From the NCBI GenBank assembly GCA_951406725.2, contig OX597817.1, forward strand, positions 135,904,001 to 135,968,000: a stretch of DNA of 64,000 bases. The letters run 5' to 3'. Positions 12,148 through 24,731 of this stretch are shown here, piece by piece. Every line of letters begins with the position of its first letter. Position 1 is the stretch's first letter. The notes below the pieces were generated by a model that had not been told where the DNA came from, made no database searches, and saw only the letters and a program-made list of their open reading frames with translations. The stretch comes from Octopus vulgaris (taxonomy: Eukaryota). The position numbers were made by a program, and so were the translations under genes.

Positions 12148-13572
12148 CATTCTGTCTACCAATAGGTCCAATGGACCTCTTTTCAGTTTTTCCTATTGTC
12201 TATATTATTTGATTGTGCTGACTCTTATGTTTTCTTGACTCCCTTTTAGTTGTCAAATGGGAAATTTTGCGTATGTTTATAAAAGCTAGAAAATTTCACT
12301 TTTGGACCCGCGAATTAAATTCAGACAATACTCTTGTCATTCTAAACAGAATAAAAGCAGTACCAAATATCATTTTCATAAATATTTATCAGATATAAAA
12401 TAAATAAAATTGTATTTAATTTATTTGCTGAATTTTAGATAAAATAAGAAAAATTATGAAAATATACCTGTAAATTTGTGTGTTATTGCATCACCTTCAA
12501 TCTGCAAGGTTATAGGGTGATGCAATATTTCTATGTGATTATGCAATTCTTATAATATATTACATCTTTCAGGAGAGTATAAATATGTGAGAGCGCAATA
12601 TCTGCCTTTAGTCTGCTATCAAGTTTCATATAGTTCATTTGTACTTTCCAATATGCCTTGACATGAAAACTTGAGTGAAGACCAAATATTGAAAAGGTTA
12701 TTGGAATTAGATAAAGAACGGGAAGAAGATAGTTATGGCTCCTTCTATAGCTCTGAAGATGATGGATGAAAGTGGTTGTGTGGTGGACAGTTTAGGTTCT
12801 GTGTCATCAGATGATGAAGATACTCACAAATAATTATCTGCAAGCCACCCAATTATGAATGAGCAATATGTTTCTAGAGACAGGCAAGAAGTTTGGCATT
12901 CTAATCCCCTTACTCAACAGCATTAAGAACTTCATCTTGTAATACTGTGCGCCAAGAATGTAGACCATTCCGTTTTGCTAAGAGGTCTTGCAGTACCACT
13001 GACACATGTTTTACTATCTTTATGTGCCAGTACAATGCACTCTCAACCTTCAATTGTTTTAAAAAGTGTTGAAAAGAAACTTGTTACAACAAAACAAAAG
13101 GAAGAGTAGATACCCTAGATAAGATGGTAAGGACATACACATGCGAAAGAATGACTCGAAGATGGCCAATGGTTATATTCTACACGATTGATATAAGTGC
13201 AATGAATGCCTTCGTTGTTGCTAAACAGCTTCACTTGCAAAGTTTCAAGGATAAAAGAAGAGAGAGCCTAATTCGGTTTTTAAAGGAACTTGCTGGAGTT
13301 AATGCTAAACAAGAACATGACAAACAATCTTCTAGTTCCGCTAATGTTTCTCAACCATACAAGAAAAGAAGACGATTTTCAACCTCATTTGAGATTCCTC
13401 AACCAAAGTAAAAAGGAAGATAATTTTTGTGTGGCCCAGAACAAGACAGGAAAGCTCATACAACATATAAGAATTATAATATTCATGTTTGCCAAGAATA
13501 TTCCAATGTTGTCTGCGTTCACTGCCACGAAGAGCTGTAATTCTGTATTTTTGTATTTTTGTAGACCAAGGG
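12148..13572 (+). mobile_element. Internally deleted piggyBac transposon
   Basis: TTAA at 12144-12147 and 13573-13576; imperfect TIRs cattctgtctac and gtagaccaaggg; acidic N-terminus, YNKTKGRVDTLDKMVRTYTCERMTRRWPMVIFY motif and a degenerate C-terminal Cys-rich region. Confidence 0.88.
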
Positions 13573-13576
13573 TTAA

Positions 13577-13671
<95 letters not shown>

Positions 13672-13752
13672 CGTGCGTGCGTGTAGAATATACTCAGTGT
13701 AAAACTGGGACACCATAGTTCAAATGCGGACTCGGTTCACAATTATGTAGCG

Positions 13753-13826
<74 letters not shown>

Positions 13827-14429
13827 TGTATGTATGTATGTATGTATGTATGTGTGAGTGTGTATATGTGTGTGTATGTGTTTATATTTATTTATGTGTG
13901 AGTGAGTATGTAGAGGTCTATAGATTACGTCTACAGGGAGACCAATTAAAGAGGAGCAAACATATATTCTATTCTTTATGAAACACACGTACACACACAC
14001 ATATACACACACTCACACACGCACACACACACACACGTACGCACACACAGACAGATTTAGTGAGACACATGGATACTACCTGGGTGTGAAGCATTAGGAA
14101 GTGAACTGGGTACATTACACCCAGTTGGCCCCGAAAGACCACCCACTTACTCCATTACATATCCACCCTTTCATATAAACAAACTCTTTGGCCATCTTCT
14201 CCCCTCCCCACCACCTTCACTCTCCCACCTCTTCCTTTCTCCAACTCTTTTAATCACATCACTTCTCTCTCTCTCTCTCCCTGCCTCTCCCTCTCTCTTC
14301 CCCCTCTCTCTCTCTCCACTTCGTTTATACAGAAACTAATACCATTTCTTCTCTCGCTTCCTCACCGTGTCTCACCGTGTCTCACTTTCTTATAGTTTTC
14401 AAATACACACACACACACAAAGACACAAA

Positions 14430-14523
<94 letters not shown>

Positions 14524-14800
14524 CACAGCTACAACACACATATACATATAGCCACTCATTACACCATACACACCTCAATACAATAACATATGCACACACA
14601 CACACCCACAATCTCTCCCTCCAGCCGGGCAACTCCCATCCCAGTACACCTCTACCCGCAACTCTCACTAAACACCATTCTTCACCTCCACCAAACCCCC
14701 TCCCCCATCATCAAGTTTGTTTCCCTTTCTTTCATTCCCCACCCACAATACCATTTCTCCTTGTCACGTCGCTATTGTTACTCTTTCCCTGTTTATACGC

Positions 14801-14834
<34 letters not shown>

Positions 14835-14918
14835 ATATATATGTATATATATGGTCTCTGTATTTTGTATGCTCTATGTAAATATATTTGTATACACAGT
14901 GTACATATGTCTGTGTGC

Positions 14919-14975
<57 letters not shown>

Positions 14976-15139
14976 TATATGTTGTTCGACTAAAACCTCG
15001 TCAATGCCGTGCCCCAGCATGACCGCAGTCCCGCAGTCTAATGACTGAAACAAGTAAAATAAAATATAAAGATATATATTGTGTGTGAGTATGTATGACT
15101 GTGTATGTGTCAGTATGTATGTATCTGTCAAGAGTAATC

Positions 15140-15173
<34 letters not shown>

Positions 15174-15381
15174 CAGGCAGACAAACAGACAAATATAGAC
15201 AGACAGAGGGGGATCTCCCTCTCTCTCTCTCTCTCTCTTTATCTCTCCCTGCCACTGAGCAGCCATGTTTACTCTATACTTCACTGGTTGTTTATGATCA
15301 GCGATGATGGAGAACGATGACGGCAAAAGCAACAACAACCACATGTAAACAATTTTAAATATCATCATCATCATCATCATG

Positions 15382-15462
<81 letters not shown>

Positions 15463-15720
15463 GTCATCATCATCATCATCATCATTGTCGCGGTCCTTGT
15501 AGTCGTCGTCCTCGACGTAGTCATAATCAGGATTTTAATAATCAAAAAAAATAATCCTAATAACTACAGCAACAACAACAATAACAAGATCAAAAACAAT
15601 AACAACAATAAAATAATTTTTTTTTTACTTTATTGTTTGTAGTTGTTGTTATGCATGTTTTTTTTTTCGGGTTCAAGCGAAGTAAGGGACAGAAGGGGGG
15701 GTCAACTATGTGTGCGTGTG

Positions 15721-15779
<59 letters not shown>

Positions 15780-15880
15780 TGTGCGTATTTGTGTTTGTGG
15801 TGAGGGAAGTCGACTTCACACGAGCAATGAGACTTGTTGAAAATGTTGCAAAGAGAAACAGCTGTGGGAGCAGTGAGAGA

Positions 15881-15926
<46 letters not shown>

Positions 15927-16838
15927 GAGAGGGGGGAAGAGAGAGACAGACAGACAGGCAGCGTGAGTGTGGGAGTGATAGAGTAAGGAAGACAGAGAGA
16001 AGGGAAGAAAAAGGAAAAGAGATTTAAACGGGCAACGAGAGTGGGAGGAGAAAAACAGCGCTAAATTTTTGTCAGGGTCGGGTCAAGCCGGCGCAACCTT
16101 CCCCACTCAGTTATCTCTTAGATTTCACATAAACACATTTATAACTAAACACACATGCACACCTACATATTTACATATACCTACCTATATGTAAGTGTGT
16201 GTGTGTGTGTTCAAACACGTGCACACATACAATATGGCGCCGTCCACATGAGACGTGCAGGTGTAGAGCGCTGTTTAAAATGCCTTTTTGAAGGTTTTCT
16301 TCTCTAATGATGCCGCCTCCTCCAGTCTCAATCAGTAACTGGTTTATTTCTTCTGTCATAAATAAGAGACTCCGCTTTTACCTTCAAACGATACGTTATT
16401 CAAACCGGGTTACAAAATATATCTGAGACCACGTGGAACCTCACTGGTACGTTCATAGCTGATCTTGATAACGACACCAAACACAGACCGTGCTATAACA
16501 CCCGTAAGTTATTTCAGACGATATTATTCGATTCTCTTCACGTGGTCTTAATATTTAAATCAGGATCTAATATGGTGCCATGAAAATGCCCCTGACGACC
16601 TTTCTGGGGGCTGTATGAAACCGCTAAAAATATTCTGAGAGAAAGCTCACCGTAACTTAAACTATTTCGCAGTAAAACAGCTTCGGCGTGAAGGATCATT
16701 GCAAAACAAAAAGAAAAAAAAAAGAAGTGGAAATGGCTATCGTAGATAGTAATTGCTATTCCGGCTCTTGTAATACATATCGATCTTCTCAGATCATTGA
16801 GAACCTGCGAAAATAAGAAAGATCAAAAATAAAACAAA

Positions 16839-17250
16839 GGCACAGGAGTGGCTATGTGGTAAGTAGCTTGCTAACCAACCACATGGTTCTGGGTTCAGTC
16901 CCACTGCGTGGCATCTTGGGCAAGTGTCTTCTGCTATAGCCTCGGGCCGACCAAAGCCTTGTGAGTGGATTTGGTAGACGGAAACTGAAAGAAGCCTGTC
17001 GTATATATGTATATATATGTGTATGTATGTGTGTGTATATGTTTGTGTGTCTGTGTTTGTTCCTCTAGCATTGCTTGACAACCGATGCTGGTGTGTTTAC
17101 GTCCCCGTCACTTAGCGGTTCGGCAAAAGAGACCGATAGAATAAGTACTAGGCTTACAAAGAATAAGTCCCGGGGTCGATTTGCTCGACTAAAGGCGGTG
17201 CTCCAGCATGGCCGCAGTCAAATGACTGAAACAAGTAAAAGATAAAGAAA
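16839..17250 (+). mobile_element. Full-length CORE-like tRNA-derived SINE (OR2-like)
   Basis: tRNA-like head (tggctatgtgg, gggttcagtccc), CORE-like catcttgggcaagtgtc, internal TA/TG tract at about 17002-17045, and a 3' stem-loop cagtc-aaat-gactg with A-rich tail. Confidence 0.9.
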
Positions 17251-17727
17251 GATAAAAAAAGATGTCACTATTCCTCTGACATTTCATTCTCGAGGTTAAC
17301 CATCCAATGTGCCAACGTTGGTTGTTGATGCTTCATTGAAGTTTAGTTTTCCATCGAAGCTGCTTCTTCTGTTCAGTAATTACCACGAATACTGCAAGTC
17401 TTTCTTTGGAGTTCTTTAATACAACCTTTTTTCTCTCAATTCAACCTTTCTGCCAAAACAAACAGGTCAGTAACAACATATTCTCGCCTTCAACTTAAAA
17501 TATTCTGAGATGTATAAAAAATCCATTTTAATTTTTGCTGTCAAAAGATTGTATATATATACCAAAGACTGTATATATATACATGTAATGTGACAATTTG
17601 CGACAACCAATAATTAACGCAACCAAATTTCCAATAATATATTTGTTTTATCCTTTTCTGCCAATTTTTCCAAATATTCTCATCACACTATTGAACTTCT
17701 CTGTTACCAAACACTATATTTATACAT

Positions 17728-17870
17728 GTAATGTGACAATTTTGTATAAAAAAACATTTTTGAATTCATAATATCCAATGTGACAATTATGTAAAAAACT
17801 TTTTTGAATGCATAATATTCAATGTGACAATTATGTAAAAAACTTTTTTGAACCCATATTATTCAATGAT
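17728..17870. repeat. Tandem repeat, unit about 43 bp, about 3 copies
   Basis: Unit aatgtgacaattatgtaaaaaacttttttgaatgcataatattc. Confidence 0.8.
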
Positions 17871-18000
17871 ACTTTTAATGTTACTTTTGACAATCTTTTA
17901 CCAAAGAGTGAAACCGGTTAAGTAAATAAACATCGTTTAAATTGCATTTTCAAACCTTTTTTCTTATATAATCCCACTCGTGCGATACCCCACAACTCAA

Positions 18001-18057
<57 letters not shown>

Positions 18058-18065
18058 GTATGTAT

Positions 18066-18116
<51 letters not shown>

Positions 18117-18129
18117 ATATATATGTACG

Positions 18130-18160
<31 letters not shown>

Positions 18161-18278
18161 TGTATATATATATGTATATATATATATACGTATATATATA
18201 TATATACGTATATATATATATACATATATATATATTATATATATATATTATATATATATATGTATATATATATGTATA

Positions 18279-18335
<57 letters not shown>

Positions 18336-19378
18336 TAGCAGAGATACCCGGCGTTGCCCGGTTACATTCAATTGAAGAATTAGACTTTTCTGTTATATTT
18401 TCTGAATGAACTGGAATATCTATGTTTCGAATTTCATCAAAATTGCAGATGAGGGTTATTTCCCTCTTTACACACCCTAAAAAATTGTAATCATGCCACA
18501 TGGAAACCAAAAGACGAATGATCACAATAAGCAGTCAGTTACCCTACCCTAGTGGTTACCACTCCCAATGTAGGATTCCTCACCATCCAGGTGACAGGCA
18601 CAGCCGTAAGATGCATTACAAATCTATAGCAATTGGAAGGGTGTGACCCAACTGAAATCAACATTAACAACTGTGTGACGTGAGGGCTAAAGAGAAATTA
18701 AAGTGTCACCTCTGGAGTTTGCAAATAACCACTATACTGATACGTAACTGGACAGAATGAATTTAAAATCTATAAATGTCTTTGAATAACCAGTCACTCA
18801 TCTGGGAAGGCCTTGTAATTAATGTTACCATCTGGGGACTATGTGTGACCAAGTGATAATAAAAAGACTGAAAGGATGTCTGCAATCAAATAACTTTACT
18901 CAACACTTTGCAACTGAATCAGTGGAGACAAAGATGCCTCTCATTTACTTAACAATTTATGCACCACATTGCAGAAATCACAATGTAAGTGTATGTCAAA
19001 GCAAACTGCTACACTGTTGTACCATTGAATTAGAAATAATGCCCAACTTTTATGCTCGGGTAACCCTACAGCTTCCAAGAGCACAACTGTATTCGTTTTT
19101 GCTTAGATAAAATGACAAAATTGTGGGTGTTAAGTCCCCATGGAGGGGTCTTTCTAACTTTGTAAGAAGATGAAATTTTATAAATATTACTTCATTTGTG
19201 TCTAATATCTTTGGTTAAAATTTCATCAACAGCAAAAATATTTGAATTGTCATGGGGGTTATGGCCCTTATGCTTAGAATATAATTTCCAAATTTCATAA
19301 AGATCTATTCAGTACTTTTGACCTAGTTTTGGATCATAAAAGAAATGACTAAAATTTGGGAGTTAAGGCTCCCATTAG

Positions 19379-19419
<41 letters not shown>

Positions 19420-19420
19420 G
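18336..19420 (-). mobile_element. Helitron-like element (3' CTAG end at 18336; 5' boundary uncertain)
   Basis: Minus strand ends ccgggcaacgccggg-tatctctg-CTAG next to (TA)n, the same terminal type as 10238-10600. Confidence 0.55.
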
Positions 19421-19494
19421 ATATAGATACACACACACACTAAGATAAATTGATAGATACAACTGAGTGGGCAAACAAAAATATGAGACACAGC

Positions 19495-19705
19495 CTAGTG
19501 CTTTTTTATGTTGATAAGACTATTACTTATTCTATTAGTTTGTTCTTGTGAAACCAGTAAGTTTTGTGGATGTAAATAAATGAACAGCACTTGTGAAGCA
19601 GTGATGAGGGCGAAACACAGACACAATGACACACACATACACTTACATATGTACATATATATATATATACGATTGATTTGTTTCAGTTCCTGTCTACGAA
19701 ATCCA
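19495..19705 (-). mobile_element. Old CORE-like SINE fragment (insertion target of the RTE LINE)
   Basis: Reverse complement ggatttcgtagacaggaactgaaa..TA/TG tract..atagaataagta matches the CORE-like SINE body. Confidence 0.7.
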
Positions 19706-19712
19706 TATATAT

Positions 19713-22442
19713 TGTTATTGGCATCCTTTTTGTCTCGGGAGACAATGGAGTTGCGCATAAAATAATCTAGTCCGGCTTTTACAGCTCATGTCCTAATACA
19801 TCTCCTGCTGTGGATGTGTAGTTCTATCCTGGACAAACACTCCCTCTGGCAGGTGCCGCAATGTTGCGAAGACTTTGTCTGGCTGGTTGTAATGTCATAT
19901 TTTCTTGTTGATGTCTTTTCTTGTCTTTCCATTTCTCCTCTCTCTCAATGTCACTCCTTTGTGTTCCCTCTTTTACGGTACGTCACCAATCTCCACGGTT
20001 GATGGCAACTGCTTCCCAGTTGGTAATATTGATGTTGCAGGCATTCATGTCCCTTTTGCAAACATCATTGTATCGTAAGAACGGTCTTCCCACAGACCTA
20101 GTGCCCCTAGCAAGCTCTCCGTTGAGTATGTCCTTGGGGATTCTGCCATCTTCCATAGGGCTAACATGTCCAAGCTATCTCATACGTCTTTGTGTGAGGA
20201 GTGTAAACATGCTTGGTATTCCTGCTTGCTTGAGGACATCTTTGTTGGGGACATGATTCTGCCATTTGATGCGAAGGATTTTCCGGAGGCAGCGCAGGTG
20301 AAAGATATTTAGGTGACGTATGACGTCGTATGGCGTGTGTATGGCGTCCAAGTCTCACTTCCATACAGTAGGGTGCTAAGTACACATGCCTGGTAAATCT
20401 TCATTTTTGTGGTCTTGGTCAGCTTATTGTTGTCCCATGCCCGTTTGGAGAGTTGGGCCATCACAGCAGCTGCCTTGCCAATGCGTATATTGAGCTCAGT
20501 ATCAAGGGATAGGTTGTAGGTGACGGTAGAGCCAAGATAGGTAAGCTTCTCCACCACCTGTAGTCTGTAGTCTCCAATATGTATGTTTGGGATGGTCGAT
20601 GTAGCCTGACCCATGATGTTGGTCTTCTTGAGGCTGATAACTAAGCCAAAGTTGCCACATGCTTGCTCAAAACAGTTGATGAGCCTTTGTAGGGCTTCTG
20701 TGTGTGATACCAGAGCGGCATCATCAGAAAATAAGCATCTCCTTGATCAGGACGCTTCTGATTTTGGTCTTGGCACGCAGACGCGAGAGATTGAACAGTT
20801 TCCCATCACTTCTACTGTGCAGAAACACTCCATCATCTGATGTCACAAAGGCATGTGACACCAGCAGCGAGAAGATGCCAAATAATGTAGGAGCAAGGAC
20901 ACAACCTTGCTTTACCCCATTTTTTATTTGGAAGGCGGCTGATGTTGAACCATTGTGCTGTATGGTGCCTTGCATATCATCATGGAAAGATGTGATGGCC
21001 CTCAGCAACTTTGGTGGACATCCGATTTTTTGGAGCAGGATGAAGAGGCCTTTTCTACTTACCAAGTCAAAGGCCTTTGTCAGATCAATAAAGGCCATAT
21101 ATAATGGCATTTTCTGCTCTCTGGACTTCTCCTGAAGTTGGCGTATGGAGAATATCATGTCAATAGTTGATCTGCTTCTTCTAAAGCCACACTGCGATTC
21201 TGGATAAATTCGAGAAGCAAGCAGTTGCAGCCTGGACAGGATAATGCGAGCAGAGGCCTCTCCAATAGTGCTTAGAAGAGATATTCCACGGTAATTGTTA
21301 CAATCACCACGGTCACCTTTGTTTTTGTAAAGCGTAATGATGTTAGCATCCCGCATATCCTGAGGGACTGTACCCTCTTCTCAGCACTGACACAGAAGCT
21401 CATGAATGTGCCGAAGTAGGATGGTGTTTTTGCCGGTTTTGATGATCTCTAAGGGGATGCCGTCTTTTCCCGGAGCCTTGTTACTTGCTAGGGAGTCAAT
21501 AGCCTTGGTGAGCCCTGCTATGGATGGCAGACTGTCAAGTTCACACATGACTGGCAAGATCTTGACACCCTTGATTACAGCCTCAGCTACCGTGGTCTCT
21601 CGTGAGTAGAGATCCTGGTAGTACTCCACCCATCTATACATTTGCTTGCTTTGGTCCTTGATGAGATCCCCAGTAGTTGATTTCAGAGGGGCTGACTTGG
21701 TTGCGGATGGACCAAGGGGCTTCTTCAAACCGGCATACATCCCACGGGTATCGCCACTGCCAGCAACTGACTGGATACTCTGACAGATTTCCTGCCAATA
21801 CCTATTTGAACAGCGTCTGACAGTCAGTTGGGTTTTATTTCTTGCCTTTCTAAGTTCTTCGAGTGACTTTATAGAAGAATCACTCTTGTATTACATCAGA
21901 GCTGCACGCTTTGTTTCGATAACTGTTTCCAGCTCTGAGAGCCCAGCAATGAACAAAATCTGGGTTTTGCCTTTCTCTCATGCCGAAAGTATCTATTGAC
22001 GTGGTATACAAAGCTTCCCTCATATAATTCCACCTACTTTCAGCTGTGGTGGTTGGGCAGCTACTGAGAGCAACTTTGATAGAAACAGCAAAACATTGTC
22101 GCAGTGTAGGTTCGGGGGATTCTGGCAGTGTTAATGCGTGGTCGGCCCATTTTCTTGGAGTGATGGACTTTTTTTAGGCAGAATCCTCACCCTGCTTCTT
22201 ATTAGTGAATGATCTGTGTCACAATCCGCGCTGTGGTAACTACGAGTCAGTTGAACAGAATTCAGAAAGGGTCTTCGTGTAATGATGAGATCCAGCTGAT
22301 GCCAGAGGTGAGATCTTGGATGTCTCCAAGATGCTTTGTTGGATGTCTTGTTGGCAAAGAATGTGTTAGTGATGCACAGGTTATGGTATGTGCAAAATTC
22401 AAGTAGTCTCTGGCCATTGTCATTCATGTTGCCAATACCAAA
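19713..22442 (-). mobile_element. RTE-clade LINE, 5'-truncated, APE and RT pseudogene
   Basis: APE fragment GNMNDNGQRLLEFC..TDHSLI; RT motifs APGKDGIP, CNNYRGISLLS, FIDLTKAFDLV, GVKQGCVLAPTLF; RTE-type 3' end tccattgtctcccgagacaaaaaggatgcc; 80 bp flanking direct repeats. Confidence 0.93.
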
Positions 22443-22512
22443 ACACATACACTTACATATATACACACACATATATATATGATTGATTTGTTTCAGTTCC
22501 TGTCTACGAAAT

Positions 22513-22587
<75 letters not shown>

Positions 22588-23359
22588 TGCATACACACAC
22601 ATACATACATATATATTGGGAATTTACAAAAGAAACGAACAAAAGACGAAGACGGGTGTGTAAACAGCAAACAGGTTTATTAGTTTAACGCTCCGGACTT
22701 AGGAAAATTTATATAGGGAGTACTAATGATTTTAAAATTAGATATAGGGGACACAAGAATTCATTTATTCACCCCTATATAAAAAATTACAGACATTTTA
22801 GTATGTTGTAAGCATACATATTTAGCGTCTTATAATTTTCTTAAACTTTAAAATATAATTTTTTAGAATATAAAAGCTTTTTGAAAATACGGTCCAATTA
22901 GATCCAATGAACACTTATGCACAAACCTGTAATCTTAAATAATTTTTTTTATAGTAGTATCAGTACAGAATGAAACCTTCCCATTGGCTATTATTTGCAT
23001 GATTAACTAAAGTTAACCTTTCAATGAATTTCATTTCTTATTTAAACGCGGTCATCCTCTTGAAAATCTGCTGAACCTCATATCGATACTCAAAAACTGA
23101 ACTTTCACCAACTGAATACTCGTCATGTAGTGCATTGAACAGTCGTGTTTTTTTGCGTTTATTGTAAGTTGATATATTTTTGCTGTCGTATTATTATCTC
23201 TGTTATTCTCTACTGTTTGTCTACCTGTTTTGTATATTGCTGTCTAACTGCCGAAGTCAGCCTTCGCGCGAGGACTTCGCGTTGGTGTTCCCCCCTCCGT
23301 GGGGGAAAAATATCAATTATCTTGAAGTTACCAAGGGCTTGTGAAGCCAACTGTTCAAG

Positions 23360-24722
23360 ATGGAGTCCCCCTTCTCTGATTCTCCCGTGACGAGTGAAGA
23401 GGAGTATCCGGCGATGTCGCCAAGGAAAAAAGAGGCGGTGTCGCCAAAGAAAAAAGAGGCGACGTCACCAAAGAAAAAGGAAAACCCAGCACCAGCACCA
23501 GCTCCAGCGAAAAAATTCTCTGAAGTGGCCGGTAAAAAGATTAAAAAAATAAATATGGAAGATTTGGAAAAATATGCGGACTGTGTAAAAAAAGAGGGCA
23601 CGGAAGTGACAGTGGTCACAAACGTCCAAAAACACGACGAAATAGAAAAAAAAAGAATAATTTATAAGACATTTAACACGACGACAAAAATGATCGAAAA
23701 AATTGAAGAAAAAAAAATAGAGAACTGTCTTAAACCATTAATGGACAAAATAACTTACATTAACAGAGGAAAGAGATACGGCACAGTGGAGGTGCGTTTC
23801 ACTACAGAGGAGATAGCGAAAAAACTATCTATGGAACCGATTAAAGCGGAGAACATTGTTCTCCTCCCCTTGTATAAAGGGAAAAGAACATCGAGAATTA
23901 CGATGAACAACATTCCCCCAGAGGCAGATGCCGAATGTCTGGTGGCAGCAGTGATGGTAGGCCTGGAGGAAAAAATAAACATCCTCCAGGCCACAGTGGA
24001 GGAAGAGGAATTTTGGAAAGGACAGAAAATAGTAATAGCCATTCAGGCGGAAGTTCAAACACTGGAGGAAATTCCAGAAACTTTAAAAATAAGTGAGGAA
24101 GAGAGAATAACAGTTTTCGTGGAGGGCAGAAAGCCGAGGTGCTTCGGCTGCGGCAAGAAGGGTCATGTAAGGGCGGAATGCCAACCCCAACCCAAACCGC
24201 AGGAAGCACCTCAGCCAGGTGAAAAAGAAGATAAAGTGTCACCAGAAGCAGCGCCGGGCGGCCCAGAAGGGACAACAGAAGGTGTGGAGGTGAAAAAGGC
24301 AGCAGAACCAGCGGCGGAGGAAAATAAGAGCGAGGAAAAGTAAAATGAGGAGGGGTGGGCAAAAATCACCAGAAAAAAAAAAAAGAAAAACGGAAACCAC
24401 CCCTCCCAGAGTGAACTTAAAAAAGAAAAGAGAGTCGATGAACTCGTATATGGCCGTTAAGGCATCAAATAACAGACTTGGAAACGTATTGGCAGCTATG
24501 GCCAAAGTGGAGAGAATAGGGAAAAAGAACGACTATGTAGTTTACAGAATAGGCCGGAAGGATTACGGACGGATAAAATCCGAATTCTTCCATGACGTAG
24601 GCCCACTTAGAATGGATGTGACATCTCCACATATATTCGAGGGCCTACGTCAGACTCCCCCACGAGGCCCTGAAAAAGAGTTAAACAAAGAAGAGAAAGA
24701 GAAAACCGAACCACTGATATAA
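23360..24722 (+). pseudogene. Tx1-like ORF1 (gag-like nucleic-acid binding protein), disrupted
   Basis: CCHC knuckle CFGCGKKGHVRAEC; the in-frame TAA at 24341-24343 is followed by NEEGWAKITRKKK, then a probable slip in the poly-A run into ORF 24345-24722. Confidence 0.85.
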
Positions 24723-24731
24723 GAGTAAGTA

